Source of the DNA: Trichoplax adhaerens
Taxonomy: Eukaryota; Animalia; Placozoa
Reading direction: 5' to 3'
Length of the DNA stretch: 64,000 bases
Assembly (NCBI RefSeq): GCF_000150275.1
Contig: NW_002060977.1
Coordinates: 253,235-317,234 of the forward strand
Shown here piece by piece: positions 28,751-43,700 of the stretch. Both the position numbers and the translations under genes were made by a program. Position 1 is the stretch's first letter. Every line of letters starts with the position of its first letter. Under the pieces are notes generated by a model. That model did no database searches. It had not been told where the DNA came from and was given only the letters and a program-made list of their open reading frames with translations.

Positions 28751-31700
28751 CGACTCTGGAAAATGTACCAAAAAGAATCAGTTGCAGCCCATACTATAGT
28801 TGGAGGATCTGTAATGGATATTCTGCTAACAGTAGCGGAAACCTTCAAATATCATCGCTACCATATCGCTACATGTAAGAACGCTAAAATCTGTGATGAT
28901 AGCTAATCTATAAAATGAATAGTGCAGTTAATGATACTATAAGTCTTTGAATCGCTATATAATCATATATGTTCATTAGATGCGACTGAAAATCGATCTC
29001 AAGCTTTAACTATTTGAACGTTACGTTATGAACTATTCAATTGTAAATTCACTCAATATTATTTATTAATCCTTTACTTTGGATTCTGTTAAATGATACT
29101 CACAAGTTCTCCTTACTCTATCTGATAACGGTAGGCTGATAAATATGACCAAATTTAAATTAACAAGTGAGCTTAATATGCTGTTGTAGTACCCTCATCG
29201 CTGCTACGTTAGCTTCGTAGTTTAATGGTCTTACGTACACACTTTGTATAAGAGCGAATGCTGTACCTCACCATTTCATCATCATCCACGGCCCACCAAC
29301 GTACTTTAATCTATGCAAACTATTACAGCTGTATTATGGGCAACCGTTGTATCATTAAGCGTATCACAAGGTACAACCTTTTATCTATGACTGTAAAATT
29401 ATTTTTAAATCGTGAATCGATGGCTTATCTGACTTCTTCCTATAGGTTTGATTGCAGCGAAATAAAGTTGCATTAGCTACAGAGATTATAATTTTTTACT
29501 TAGCTACTATTGTACTAATTTAACATACATAACTGTAATAAGGCAGGAATTTTCGCGACTTTCAATAAAGGCTAAGAGCTTATTTTCTCGAGCCTGTGCT
29601 ACTATAAATTGTAAAATCAGCCAGCTGATATTTAACTCTTAATATAATTAAGAATAAGCGCAATGAAGTTTTCAATCTCTCTAGAAAATCACAATACTGA
29701 CGTACGTTATTGTTGGTGAGACCGTATCTAATACATGTATTTTTTCACGGTCAAGCTTTGACCGTGACAACACGAAATTTATTTTTATGACTATAATATT
29801 CATCATATACTAAAAAATATGTATCATGCTCAGTGAACAAGTACGCGAAGAATTATGAGCAGAATGTATGGATGGGATTCAATAAAGAATACAGATGAAA
29901 TAGATTCAGCTGCAACTTAGTAATTTATAAGCATTGCAATTAATTTCGCTTTATTATCTTTCATCAAGAAACTAAATTTTAATTAGTAAAATCTTATTAT
30001 GTAATGGATTTATTTTGATTCAGTCATAAAGTTATTATCAATTCTGCGTAGGAGCTGACATTTCGATTATAACTGATGTTGTCAATAAGTAGCAATTTTA
30101 ACTTTAATCTGATGTCGTCTATTAAAATGATTTCTTTGAAAGTGATGATTTTGAATATAACTGATCAATATTTTGAATTTAGAGTGTTTGAAGACGTAAC
30201 GGCAAAAACATTAGAAAAAGTAACTAATTGTAAAGAAAATATTCGAATGTAAGCTTACATGGTAGCGCGCATCAACATTACTAATCTTTAATTAATTTCG
30301 TAACTTGAACTATATATTACAACTGATCTAAACTCAAGCCCGTATCAAGTGTGATATGGTATTAATACGTCCGTTATAAGAATCTTAAATATTAAAGCAT
30401 GAATATCGTATCTTTAAATATTTTAGGATGTTTCGCTTTGCTAGATTTGACATTATAAAGCCAAATGTGGTCGCAGATTGTTCCCAATTGCAGCTAATGT
30501 AAGATACAAAATTTAAAATCTCAGAACAGAAATAAGCTTGATATCGGCAAGGTCGATAATAAATGCGAGCTGTTAGTTCCAACAGAATATTAGCGATTAC
30601 GTCACCAATTACATATGCTGATAATGCAAAATACTTAACTTTCACTTTAAATTAGTATTTACGATGGGCTGAAAGTGGCCCTAAATTTATATATCTATTT
30701 TTACTTATCACGAATCAGTATACAACTCTTAGGGTGCCGTAAGTGTAGATGGCTTAGCAGCTAATGTTAAGATATGATTTTATTAGGAAACATTTAGACT
30801 AATTGCAGTAGGTTAAATTGATTAGCTTTCTTAAAATTGTCGTGTAAAGTATACATTCTGCTTTATTCATATTGGATATCTCAACTGAAATACTCGTATA
30901 AGATTATTTTATGTTATTTTGCTTTAATGCAACCAATTTACTCTTTCTTTCTTTTTTAATGATATTTTTTGCCCTAATTCCCAAACTTGGTTTTCGGACC
31001 ATAAGAATTTTTTGCATTAATTCTGCAAATATTGCAGCATTACGATTAACATGACGCTAGTGGTGCCTATCTGAATTTAGTTTTCATTTGCAGACGACTA
31101 GCTGACGTGGTGATTGAGTCTGGATTGGATTACTATTTGGCTAATGCTACAAGCGTAACCTATGTGTAAGAAAGTAATAAAATTAGTGAAGATATCGCAG
31201 GCATCAGTGACTCTCCTAGTATGCCGGTGTTAATTTAGCCCATTCAATAAGACTAAGTCCAAAGTTATGACTGACGATCAATGTAAATACGTAACAACTA
31301 AGCTTACTACGGCTCAAGAGGTATTCCGATTGGTGTACGGTATCGTGTATTTAATCATATACTAGTACACTACCCTTATCTCAATGCAAAGTCCGAGATG
31401 GTATGAACTGACGTTTATTTCTTAAGGTTTAGTGAATTAGCATTTTTCGAATCACTTAAAAATCCCTTTTAGATGTTATTAAGTTATCAGGAAAAAAATC
31501 ATTTAAGGAAATTCTATTGGGTTTTAAATTGTAGTCATTTTACATTAATCATGCAGGACATCAAACCAGCCTGAAAGGCATCATTTAGTGTTGTATAGTA
31601 CTAATTTTTGCTACATATATGTTTATTACAAGTGTGGTGTCATAGTATTAAGAGAAAAATAGAGAGCAGAGCCGTGAGGTAGCTATACTGACAGAATTTA

Positions 31701-34700
31701 TACTGCATATTAATTTTGCTTATATTAGCTTGCAGCTAGTACTCGCTTTAAATCTACGTAAACTTCAAACGGATTACGCAAATTCAACTTTCATTATCTT
31801 CTATTAGGATGACGTAATTTCTTCTATACGCCGGTAATAAAAACTAGAATCAATCTAGAGTAAAGTCAACAGGCAATCTGCTTTAAAGGAACTACGTTTT
31901 CTTTGGTGATTCTTAGCTAACTGTTGTAGTCAGTGTAACACGAAGAACTCAGGGTAATCACCAAAAAGAGTTTTATTCATTATTTGCGTGGTGTTAAATA
32001 CATTTTTAATATTATGATAACTTCACCCATATACTGAGTCATAATTTTAGTAAGTTTTCTAATAATGGATGGCAACGCATCCAAAATGTATCATTGTCAC
32101 AAGTCCCCATTTGCGATTTGGTTCTGTCAAGTGCTATGGTAATTATGTAAGGCTTCCACAGACTTGGAAGCCTTCTTCTAAGGGAAAACTAACTCTTTCC
32201 ACACAGTCACACAACTACTCAGGTTTCTTTCAAACCACTAGTACTTTTTATTCGGCCATCCAATTTCTAGTCTCTACAAGATTGTCCTAGCCCGGAGCAA
32301 CTACTAATGGCAAATGGTAATTCGCTCGGTCTTTTATACCGTCCCCACTCATTCGTGGGGCATACTAGTAAATTGCTCCTTCAACAAATTGTATTTGTTA
32401 CTATAGAGAGTTACTCCCAGACAATTAACATAACTAAGTATGGGCTCCGGTAGTAAACAACACTAATGAAAAGCAACCAATTATCGAGCTAATCAACGAG
32501 CCTGAGCTCAGCACCAATATGAGTAATTAATTGTTGGAGCAGAGTGCTCCTATAAGCTAGTCCTATATTAAACAATATTATATCTAGCTAAATATAATTA
32601 AATCTTTGTTATAAATATAAGTAGAGCTCAATTTACTACAATCTTTACTGTAGATTTCCTATTTAGTCAAATATGAACTAATGTTTCTAAAAATTAACCC
32701 TTGATTCGCTTTCACGCTACTTTACTACCGTGACAGTTCAAAATAATTATCATTGAAATTGATTAACTAAATCATTATAATTATTGCTTAGGGAGTTAAT
32801 TCACTAATATTCAGACTAACTAGGTGCCTGTGATAATATTGCTGTATCACTTACGTGTAAGGAATAACAAAATTCACATTTATTATTCTGCTACAGAGAA
32901 ATTACTCGTAGCAAATTAGCAACAACAAATATAGCAAAGGGTATCAGCAATCTTCCTGCTATATTAAACTTGTAAGTAAACATATAAAACTATTCGCGTA
33001 TTCTCTACCTTCTATGTAAATTTTAGTAATCCTTTCGAGCTGAAAATGAAATCATATTTTAGTTTCAAATTTGATTTTACCCGAAATGCATAGGCGAATA
33101 ACATACAACGATTTTGGTCACGACAAACCTGACGTTAAGCTATTATTTGATCGACGAATTACCTCGCTATTGTATATGTAAGTCACTAGAGTTGATTGCA
33201 TGTAACCAATGATAAATTTTATATTGTTCCTAAAATTTATTTAATCGATTGAATAAAGCTCGTAATAATACTGTAGTCACACGGAATCATAGACTAAATC
33301 GATCTTAATTTATATCGACAAATTATCGACTGTATAAAAGGGATATATCAGGTAATAGATTATCAAGTTTGAGTGAGAGAGCGTTCATAAATTGTGGCTG
33401 GTTGCGTAAACTGTAAGTAATATAACTAGAAACGTTGATAAACTGCATAATCGGCTTCCTCTATATTTTTATTTTGAGGAGTATAATAGCATTCACTTAA
33501 TTTTCGCTCAACAATTGAATGATTTTGATAAAATTTAACGATTTCGACAAATGTATCTTCAAAATAAGATAAGAACTAGTATTTCTTTACAAAATTTCAC
33601 TTCATTATACAAATTGGTTCATCTAACAATACCAAGGACGATCTATTTTCAGTCTACTACTATCTAATTTATTAAAGCAAAATCTACTATTTATAAACAA
33701 TTTGTTAAACGATTGCTCTCAGCAATACAACCATATCGTACCAATTAAGTCAAGATATTAAGCTAAATTTAATATTGTACGATTTATTTTGAGTCTTGCT
33801 TGTAATAAATGCGTTAAAATGCACTCTTCATAATAATGATATCTTATGTAGCACAATTTGTTAATATCTAAAAGCCATGATTTACTCATGGCCCCTAAAA
33901 ATGCTACCAGACGAACTTGTAATATCATCTAACATTAGGTACTAGTAAAATCGTACGGTCAAACGTTGAATTTCAGATATTACTGTTCAATCTTATCATT
34001 TTTTTCTGATAATAATTTAGCTCTGTACTACAATGATATATATCAATTTTTGTGTTATTACAATCTTACTATTACGATCGATATTATCATAATTCTGTTA
34101 ATTAATTGACTATAGAGTTGCAAATAATAATCAGATCTACAGATTTTCTTCTCAAACATTTCTTGGTTTATCGATGCTCGAATTACTGTAAGTGAAAATA
34201 ATGTAAGCAGATGACATTAAATTAAATACCATGCTAACACTTACTATCCTCCTTCCACTCAGAAATATCACTGGCAACCGAATTGCAAACATTGATGCCG
34301 ACGCTTTCCATCCTTTACAAAAGTTGAAGATATTGTAAGTTGTCCAAGTTTAGCTTATTATGCATCAAATTATGATTTAAATCATTACTTTAGAAGAAGT
34401 TAGACAACATAAAATTACATTCAAAGAATTTTGTATATAATTACAATGTTGTATCAAAAATTTTAAATTAGAGAATGAAACAATTATAGTATTTCGCCAC
34501 ATTTGGCTAAGGATCATATTTTTTTACTATATGTCACGGTACGAACTACCGTGAAGAAATAGCTATCTAAATTTGGTTAATATAATATAGTGATATTATA
34601 TTACAACTAGTTACTTACAATAGGAATTACTCTAATTATAAATGTGTTACAGTAAATTTAATGCTGTGCTGTAATGTGCACTGAAATGATTCTGTGAATG

Positions 34701-37700
34701 GACATATTGTTGTCCGACTGTGAAAAATTAGTTAGTAGATGTTCTCACCTAAGTAATTTTATAAGATAACTCGTGAATGTTAGCTGCTGTAGAAGGGTAT
34801 ATAAGCTCGTCAGATAGTTGAATAAAGTAGTTCACAATTTGTCTAGTTGAGTTTAACGTAGAATCAAAGGCGTCTAAATTGTTGTGAGGTGGTTAAGGGA
34901 TACTGAATTCCGGAGACTATAGTAATTTAGAGATTTGTTTTACGTTGTCCTTGTCACGAAGCTGATTTGTGACACTATAATCGTCATAAATGAGTATAAA
35001 TCTGATCTTACATCCAAACTGGACCTGCTTTTTCATTAAAATATCATTAGTGACTGTCGTATAATCTAATTTTACTTTAAATAAGATATATGAGCGACAT
35101 AAATTAGATTATAGAGCAGGTTGAATACTGAGCTCCTATTATCACTCGTAAATGTCGGATTACTTTGGATATACTTGATCAAAAGTCGAAAGTTTATGCT
35201 TCTTACCTAGATCAGTATCATGTTGTTAAGATTATGCTCTGGCATTTGATATATTCTTCAATATTCATTATAGAATTTAATCAAATTCACTCCTCGTTAG
35301 AATAACACACTAATGACATATGTATACTCCATGGGTTTAAGTCCGATAAAAATACTGATAACCCTCTTAGTACAGAGTATTCCAAATGCAGATTTATTTA
35401 CATCTAAGATAAGTAATAGTCGTCGTAAATTAAACTCACATATCTTACCAGCTTGAAGTTATGGCATGGCTAGCGGTTTCTCCGTTCTAAAGTTATGTTA
35501 TAATAGCGCATTTAGTTATATGTTTCAGCACTACTTATTAAGTTAGCAATAAATCTTTATCCAATACTGCATTTTAGACTTACGATCTTCTTTTTTGTAA
35601 GATTTTCTTGTAGCAAGATTAAAAAAGTTCACCAGAGCTTGAATACTGAACTTAATTATTATAAATATTAGTACCGCAATATGTACGGTATAAAGTTACT
35701 GAACCTCTGACAGGTCTACGACAAATGGTAATACTATCTATTAAATGAGCACATTATCGTAAACCGTCTGCGAAGTGACGGGAGTTTACACTAGTTTATT
35801 ACGAAAAGAACAGGATAAAGCGTATTATGTTTACAGTGCTATCCAAGCCCTAATCTCAAAATAAACATGTGTCTGCATTTTAGTTATCATACAAGCTTAT
35901 AGACGTTACGAATTGTCACAAAACAGCTTTGCAACAAGATAACGTAATATACTATCAATAAGCCAATTCCTTGAGCCACGTATCAAGGAACGATATCTAC
36001 ACTATCACAAACACTTTTACTCTACTAGCAGACTACACAAAGACTTAAACGCCTCGTATTTTACGTTAAACACTAAGTTTAAAAATCCACTTCATTACAC
36101 GATATACTGCAGTTTTATACTATTCCTCAATAGTTCAAGAGTCATAGTTAGTACGATTAACTTTGGAATCATTCACTGAATTAGATATTAATTATAACTA
36201 CTGCTCCCTTAATGCAGATAACAGTATTTACAAACATAGACATCTGATGCCTAATACAGAATAGTCAGATTACGATATGTCCTATTACGGAACATTTCCA
36301 TGATAATTTACAATCTACCTTAAGTAAGTTACGATCATAATGTTTCGAACTGTAAGTAGATAATTGCATTCCCTATTATAACTATTAATTTCAGTATGTG
36401 TATATGTGTTACTGTCATAAAAAGTCAGAGCTACATTAAAATACAGTATATCCAAATTAGAAGTTAACTAAATAAGAATAGGCTAACAGAATTATCCTAA
36501 CATAGATATTTCTACTCTAATACAGTATATATCACTGTCACACGAATCATAACGATGATTCTAACATAGTAAATCAATTACGAAATTTCTGCTTCATACC
36601 AATTAGATAATATAATTTTACGAAATATTGCTTAATTAACATAGCAATAGTTATATGTAAGAAGTTTTTTTGAATAATTTAACTTTATTCTTGATCTAGA
36701 AATTTAGAGAGTAATTTGTTAATATCAATCTCAACGGAAACTATAATGGAACTCTCCTCTTTAAATTACCTGTAAGACTGCTTCAAATAAGGCAATGTAT
36801 ATTCCTTATTATTACTTAATTTAAATTAATTACGAACGCAATTGGTACGAGAAGAACAATTAATTCTTTTTATTTTTGTTCAAGAATTCTTGGATCTAAT
36901 CGGATCTTTAATTACAGTTATGGTGCCCTAAGGCCTCTTCATAAATTACAGATCTTGTAAATAAAATATAAACGTTTAAATAATCATAAATAAGTCAAAA
37001 TTTAGTGATTACTTGATGAATTCTGTAATTGAACTTAATTATGCTTAAAAATAACGGCTAAAGGAAATAATTAGTACGATCTACTTTTCTTGGCTGCAAT
37101 GATACAGTCGTATTTTTGTATTACAATCTAGGAAATTGCCTTACAATCAGTTGACAGTTATCGGAAATGAATTTTTAAAGAGTGCCAGTTCTCTAACTGA
37201 AATGTAAGCATATGCTAATTAATATACAGGATTATAATTATAGTAGCGGCTTACAAGTGAAGATACTAGATTAATTATAAATTTTATTTTCTTCAGAATT
37301 AGAAGTTTACCCGCATATAACGTAACTTAGTATTAAATTACGAATTATAATTCATATTTATTATGATATATCGTAGCATATCTTTCTATATTTATTATAA
37401 TCCTTACTCATTTAGTAGCTCATAGCTATGTACTGTAATTGAACGTCACAAGTTAGAATACAGATGACCGAGTAGAGCTGGGCATCAGGTCACTATTAAT
37501 GCTTACGGTAAAACAGATATGTAACCCATGATTAGCATATGGTTAGTTTATCGTGTTGTGCCTGGTAGAAACATTATGCTTACATACCGTAAATACTGCT
37601 GGTGCTACCGTATTGGATTATAGATCGCCCGATGTGAAATATTGTTACTAATAACAATCTGAATGATAGTAAAATAAGCTAGAATGTTGCTATGCTGATT

Positions 37701-40700
37701 TTAGCTACATATATTATAAAATTTATATAAGCAGGCAAACTTCAGATTATTCAGCAGTTCTATCCAGAAGTCTTTCTAGTAGCTACATTCGGTTAGAGTA
37801 GAACTGCACAGGTTATCTTCGTATTAAAATGTTATAAAGTTCTAATTTTGTACGGGTTTTGAGATTTTATGATCTGTTATATCACACTGGAGCTTACAAA
37901 AGCCCAATAGATAAAGTAGCCTTTTAATGCCTTTAATTACAGAGACTTAGAAAATAATAATATCGAGAAAATTATGCCCATTGAACTTAATAATTTAACG
38001 AATGCTAGAATAATGTATGTATGAATAGTAATACTACTTGCTTTTCTTTCACAAATATTTGTCTGTCAATATTAATTTCGATCGTAGCTGATAAATTTAA
38101 TGCGTCTAGATCTTTGGCGAACAACAAGATTAAAATATTGCGGGAAATAACTTTCTTTAACCTCTCTAATTTAGAGAAAATGTAAGTAGAATTAACAAAT
38201 ATTTCATAAGACTATTTTAGAGGTGCTTCATAAGCAATTATGGTAATATTCAGATTATACCATAGAATTAATTCTAGATTATTATTTATATGTAATATTA
38301 TATATAATATATTATCTTACATAGTAACTTAGAAAACAACAGAATCGGTCAAATTGAAGACAATGCATTTTCTAATCTATCAAATCTATTAACACTGTAA
38401 GTGTTATTACAACAGCTGCCAATTTTCATTTAACCAAACTAAATTATATTTCTGAAAGGCTTTTTTATACGAGATCATAAATCGTTTGTGTGTGTTCGAA
38501 ACAGTGTTAAGATATAGCTTATGCCAATCTAATATAGCTAAGTGAACATTTAACCTAATATATTTTATTTAATAGATTTGAGTTAACATAAAAGTACGCC
38601 ACGCTGGTAGATAATATGTTAGTAAATAGACTCATAAAATCAAGACTTAAGTTATTAGAATGAAAATAGCTACTGTAGTACTTGTATTGACATAAAGCGA
38701 CAGCAATTTTTAAATATAAAAGCCTTTATCTTCTTTATGGACAGGAACTAGACACATTAAGCACTTACAATAACTTTCAATGCTATTTTTCATTTCATTT
38801 CGGTGTGGGATAATATAATTTCGTGTTTTCTCGTATTGATATTTTCTAATTTAAATTTTCCGCAGGAAACTCAGTTTGAATAAAATTAAAAGCTTGGGAC
38901 AACCCTTTTCGGCTGTATCTAATTTAAAACAATTGTATGTTAACATCAATTTTGTTAGTTCTTTTTTAATTTTGGCCTTTTATTTCAGAAATATAATATA
39001 CTTTAGATTCAAAAATAAATCTTACTTAATTTCTTTTATAGATATTTAGATTTAAATTTCCTTAGCAATCCTACAGATGGAAGCATGTATACGTTTCAAA
39101 ATCTTACCAAACTAGAAATACTGTAAGGCTAAATTTTCTTATTGTCCAAAATACCGTCTTATTGTTCGGAAATAATAAGGAAATATAATATTTTCCGTTC
39201 TATTTAAAATCTGTTGATGGTTTCATGACTTTACTTGTGGCAGTCTTTCTACTGCCTAATTCGTAACTTCTGCATAAAAACATTAGAAAGCTCTTATTTC
39301 AATATTTTCAGAGATTTATCAGGAAATCGCCTCACTAAAATTGATAAAAAACTATTCTATGGATTAAATAGTCTAAAATATTTGTAAGTCTTTGTTACAG
39401 AACAGCTTTACAACAAGATAGTTTAATATGCGATATATAAGTTTAGTCTCTGATCCACATGTTAGTGGAAAATATCTAGGCTTTAAAATGCTTAATGAGT
39501 TAGAGTATAAATTTGATAGTGTGAATAAACTATGCTCCTTTAAATAAAATTCAGCAGACAAATTATTTAAAATACGGGTGTATTGAAGCTGTTAGATAGG
39601 CTATTGTTGTTAAAATATTAAGTAGAATTAAATCAAATATACTTAAAAGATAATACAAAAATTTAGGGCTGTTGACAATAATAGGTATATAACAGTGATG
39701 TTTTTGATAATTCAAATATGCTGATTTCAGCTTCGTAGAATATAATATTAATCATAGAATTTTATTTTCAGACTAAGTTCTGTAAAAGTTAATTGATGTT
39801 GGTCGTAATCGTTATGCTATAAACAATTTAGCTAGCGTAATTAAGCAGCTACACTTTTCTCTTATTATTGTTCTTAGTCCTTCATTTCTAAGATTTGCTA
39901 TTGTAAGAAGCTTTCCTGGTCCGTTAGAACTTGTTGATTATGTAGTACCTCAATCGGCAGAGAATTAGTAATAATACCTGTTGTTATAAAATTACTAGTG
40001 TGATGTACACGCTAATTATAGTTGGTAGAACAAATTTTGTTGTAATAGGTAGATGCTACGCTAAAATAACCGTAATTAATTATTATGAAGCTATGTAGTT
40101 GCTGAGGTAGTTAAAATAGTTTAAGCATAACGAAAGAAAGTCATAGTTATGTTATATTATATTATATTATATTAAGAAAATTATAAAAGTAAGAAATGTG
40201 AAATATTTTCTTTCTTTGTTATATAACGTTAAATTTACTTTACACTTTATTTAATACTTCATTCCACACTAATACTAGATACTTGGCCAACAATCATATA
40301 TCTTACATTGAATTCGGAACATTTCAAAATCTGGAGAAATTAGTTCATTTGTAAGTCCTTTAAAAAGACGAAATTCCATTTAAGAGGAATGTAAGCTAGG
40401 TTATTATTACGCCTCTTGAAAGCAGCTCTTTATCTTTAGGAGTACCGAACAAAACCAATTGGTTACTATTAATGGCAATCAATTCCGAGGCTTAAGAAAT
40501 GTTCATCAATTGTTAGTAGCTGGAGTAACTTTATTAATACTACATTTTATGTAGCTATGATTGTATCGTAAAGTTCTTATAATGCGAAAAATATTTAAAT
40601 GTCAAAGTATTAATATTATCCAATCATATATTACAGTTACTCGATATGATTAAAGTATGGAAATAGATAATAAAATTATTGTTTGCAAGCTGAAAAATCT

Positions 40701-43700
40701 TTCATTAATTATCTATTGTCGGTTAATAGAAATTTTGCTGGGAATCCTATTCGTTCAATTGCGTTAAATGGTTCTAACGGCTATTCTCAGTTACGATCCC
40801 TGTAAGAGATCAATATCTGTTAGAAAGTAAATCTACTAATTAACCGCAACAAATATTGCCTCATTATGAAATAATAGTTAATGTTCTAAGTTATTTTATT
40901 TTATCTTAGCAAAGCTTCATTCTTTTCATTAGATAGATACAATTTCATTTTGCTTTATTTCTTTAATATGGAATCAATTACCATTAGCTAAATTGTGTCG
41001 AATTATTTGCTTAATTTGTAATCGAAAGAATTATAACGCAACATAGGTAGTTTAGATATATCCTTGGTAGACATTCTGTAAATTATTAAAGGTTTTTACA
41101 ATTTAATTAATTTTCAGTTTTCGTATGAAATTATCATTAGAATTCATACTATTAATTGTAAATGAAAATTGAATAATGTTTATTTTCTAAATTTTTTGAG
41201 GAAGGAATCTGCGTGGTACATTTTTACATAGTATGGATAAGCTTAGCTTAAATAATCTGCCAAAATTAGAAATAATGTAAGTAGCTAGTTATGTAATAAA
41301 ATAAACCACTATTTGCCTTAGGAATCGATAATAGGTTGCATTTTCTTTCAGAAATTTGATTAAGTTTTTATTATTACTATTAGAGATTTATATCGAAACA
41401 AAATTAAGGTCGTACGTTGGTCTCCTGGTTTCGTTGATGCCAACCTCGCTACTATGTAAATAGATATTTAATTCACGGTCCAACACTAATGAAACATACA
41501 TGAAATATCTTGCTTTAATTGTACTGACAGCTAATGTCCGAAATATCTTCACTATTTGCAATATTTATATCCAAAATTCCTAAAATAGAGATCTTTCTTC
41601 GAATGGTGTTTCCTCTGTTGCAAGCATTAACCAACTATGCTCAGTACGAACGCTGTAAGAAACTAAAAATTAAGATTCGCTATTGTAACGTAACTTATTA
41701 TGGAGATTATAGACCATTGACCTTGTTTAGTATGATGTGCGGTAGGGTAACTTTCTATAGATATCTTAATACATATTTAATAGCTTATGACAATAGAGTT
41801 TAATGAAAGATTCTTTGCCAGAATACATATGACTATATGCAGTTGGGTTTCGAGTTACTATTAAGGATGGAGTTAAAAATAGAACCGTAAAACATATATT
41901 AGGATATGATTAATTCATTATGATGTAATTCTGTAGTGTAACTTCAGAGGACTTGCTCTGTCAGGTACTCCAGTCAGTCAATACATTGAACGATAAGTGT
42001 TAACGATTCTTCTTTAACAATGAAATCCTTTACTTTGTAAACAAATACGCATAAACCTACATAATTAGAATTTAGAACTACACGCTATACGTTACAATCT
42101 TATAGCTGGTCTGGCAGCCGTAAGATTGCACACTATACATAGAGTACCAATCCAATGATTACCAATCTGATGAATAGCTACAGATAAGTTCAATCACATA
42201 TCTCGGCACAGCTATCTCACGATACCAAATGTCTTTACTGTTGATACCAAGCTATGATAGGTATCGCACCCATTTATAATACCTATCTTTAATGTAGAAT
42301 AACAGCTCATCGTACTCTGACTGGTAAAAATAATATCTACGAAAATACTGTAATAGTTTCCATGTTAGATTAATAATGGCTGGCAGTAAAATTTTTACTA
42401 ATAGTAATCTGAATACGAGTAAAATAAGGAAGATATTGCTAGCCTGATTGTAGCCGCAAATGCTACGAAAGTATATGAGCTACAACTTAGAATATTTTAG
42501 TAATTCTTTCTATAAGTGTTTAGTAGTTGTATTAGGCTAGATAAAGCTGTACATACATTATCTTTGTATAAGATCTAATAAACTTCTAATTTTTTACAAA
42601 TATTGGATTTTCTTAATCGGTTATATCACAGTAATATCCTTCGATTATTACTAAGTTTTGTTTATAGAATTTTGTATCAGTTTTTCATTCATCAAGATAG
42701 AGCAACGGTGTTTCATTACCTCAGATACTTGTTCCTATGATCTTATTACCAGGAATTTATCTTTCAATCAAGTATTATCAATAGCGAAATTACAGTTAAA
42801 AAATTTAACTTGTCTTACAACCATGTAAGTATGTTATTTCTATGGTAATAATGAATTAATGAAAAATAAAGTTAACACTGTTTACTACAGTAAATATTTG
42901 TGAAGTATTAACATTATTGCATAGTAACATAATCATCTTCATTTTTCAGTCACTTAAGCTTCAATCTGGTGCATAAGATTGAAGAGAATGATGTTTCAAA
43001 CGCTATGGTAGCGAATAAAATTAGGTCACTGTAAGTTTTTCTTGATTATTTAAAAATATTTAACTTTAGATAATAGCCTTAACACGTGCGTTATATTTCA
43101 AAGCAATAATAGAAATCTGATCAATCACTTTGAGGGCTTTAGCTAATGATTCCATTAACATTAGCAGCTCTAAAGGAGCTTATTACCTTGTTTCTATTTC
43201 ATGTGTTATGAGCCAAATCGCGCTATGCTATTATGATCTATATTTACATTCGATACCCCAACAGATTGCGCTTGCATAAAAACTTTTGTGACATTAAATG
43301 CCTTTTATCGTACTTTAGATATATTTTAACTTCGTTTCACACAAGATCCTCAAATTTTATCGTATTTAGGATTACTAAAGAGATAGGTGATGTAGAAGTA
43401 GAATAGACCGCAAATTTATTACTTATAATCTTAGCCAACTACAATTAAGTCTTTGGTACCGAGTAGCACAACACAAGAGTTACTAAGCATTACCAGACTA
43501 GAGCTCAGGTTCAGTTACATCTGCAGTAGATAAAAATTTGTTTTAAGGCTGTACAGACTGATTTATTTTCACGCTAAAGTTCATTCTTTACTCTAAGCAA
43601 ATCAAAATAAACTATGCTGGTTCAGTCATGTTGTAATCAATATTCAATACCTATTGTATCTATCTTGCATAGTAGTCCATAATATAAAGATAACAATAAT

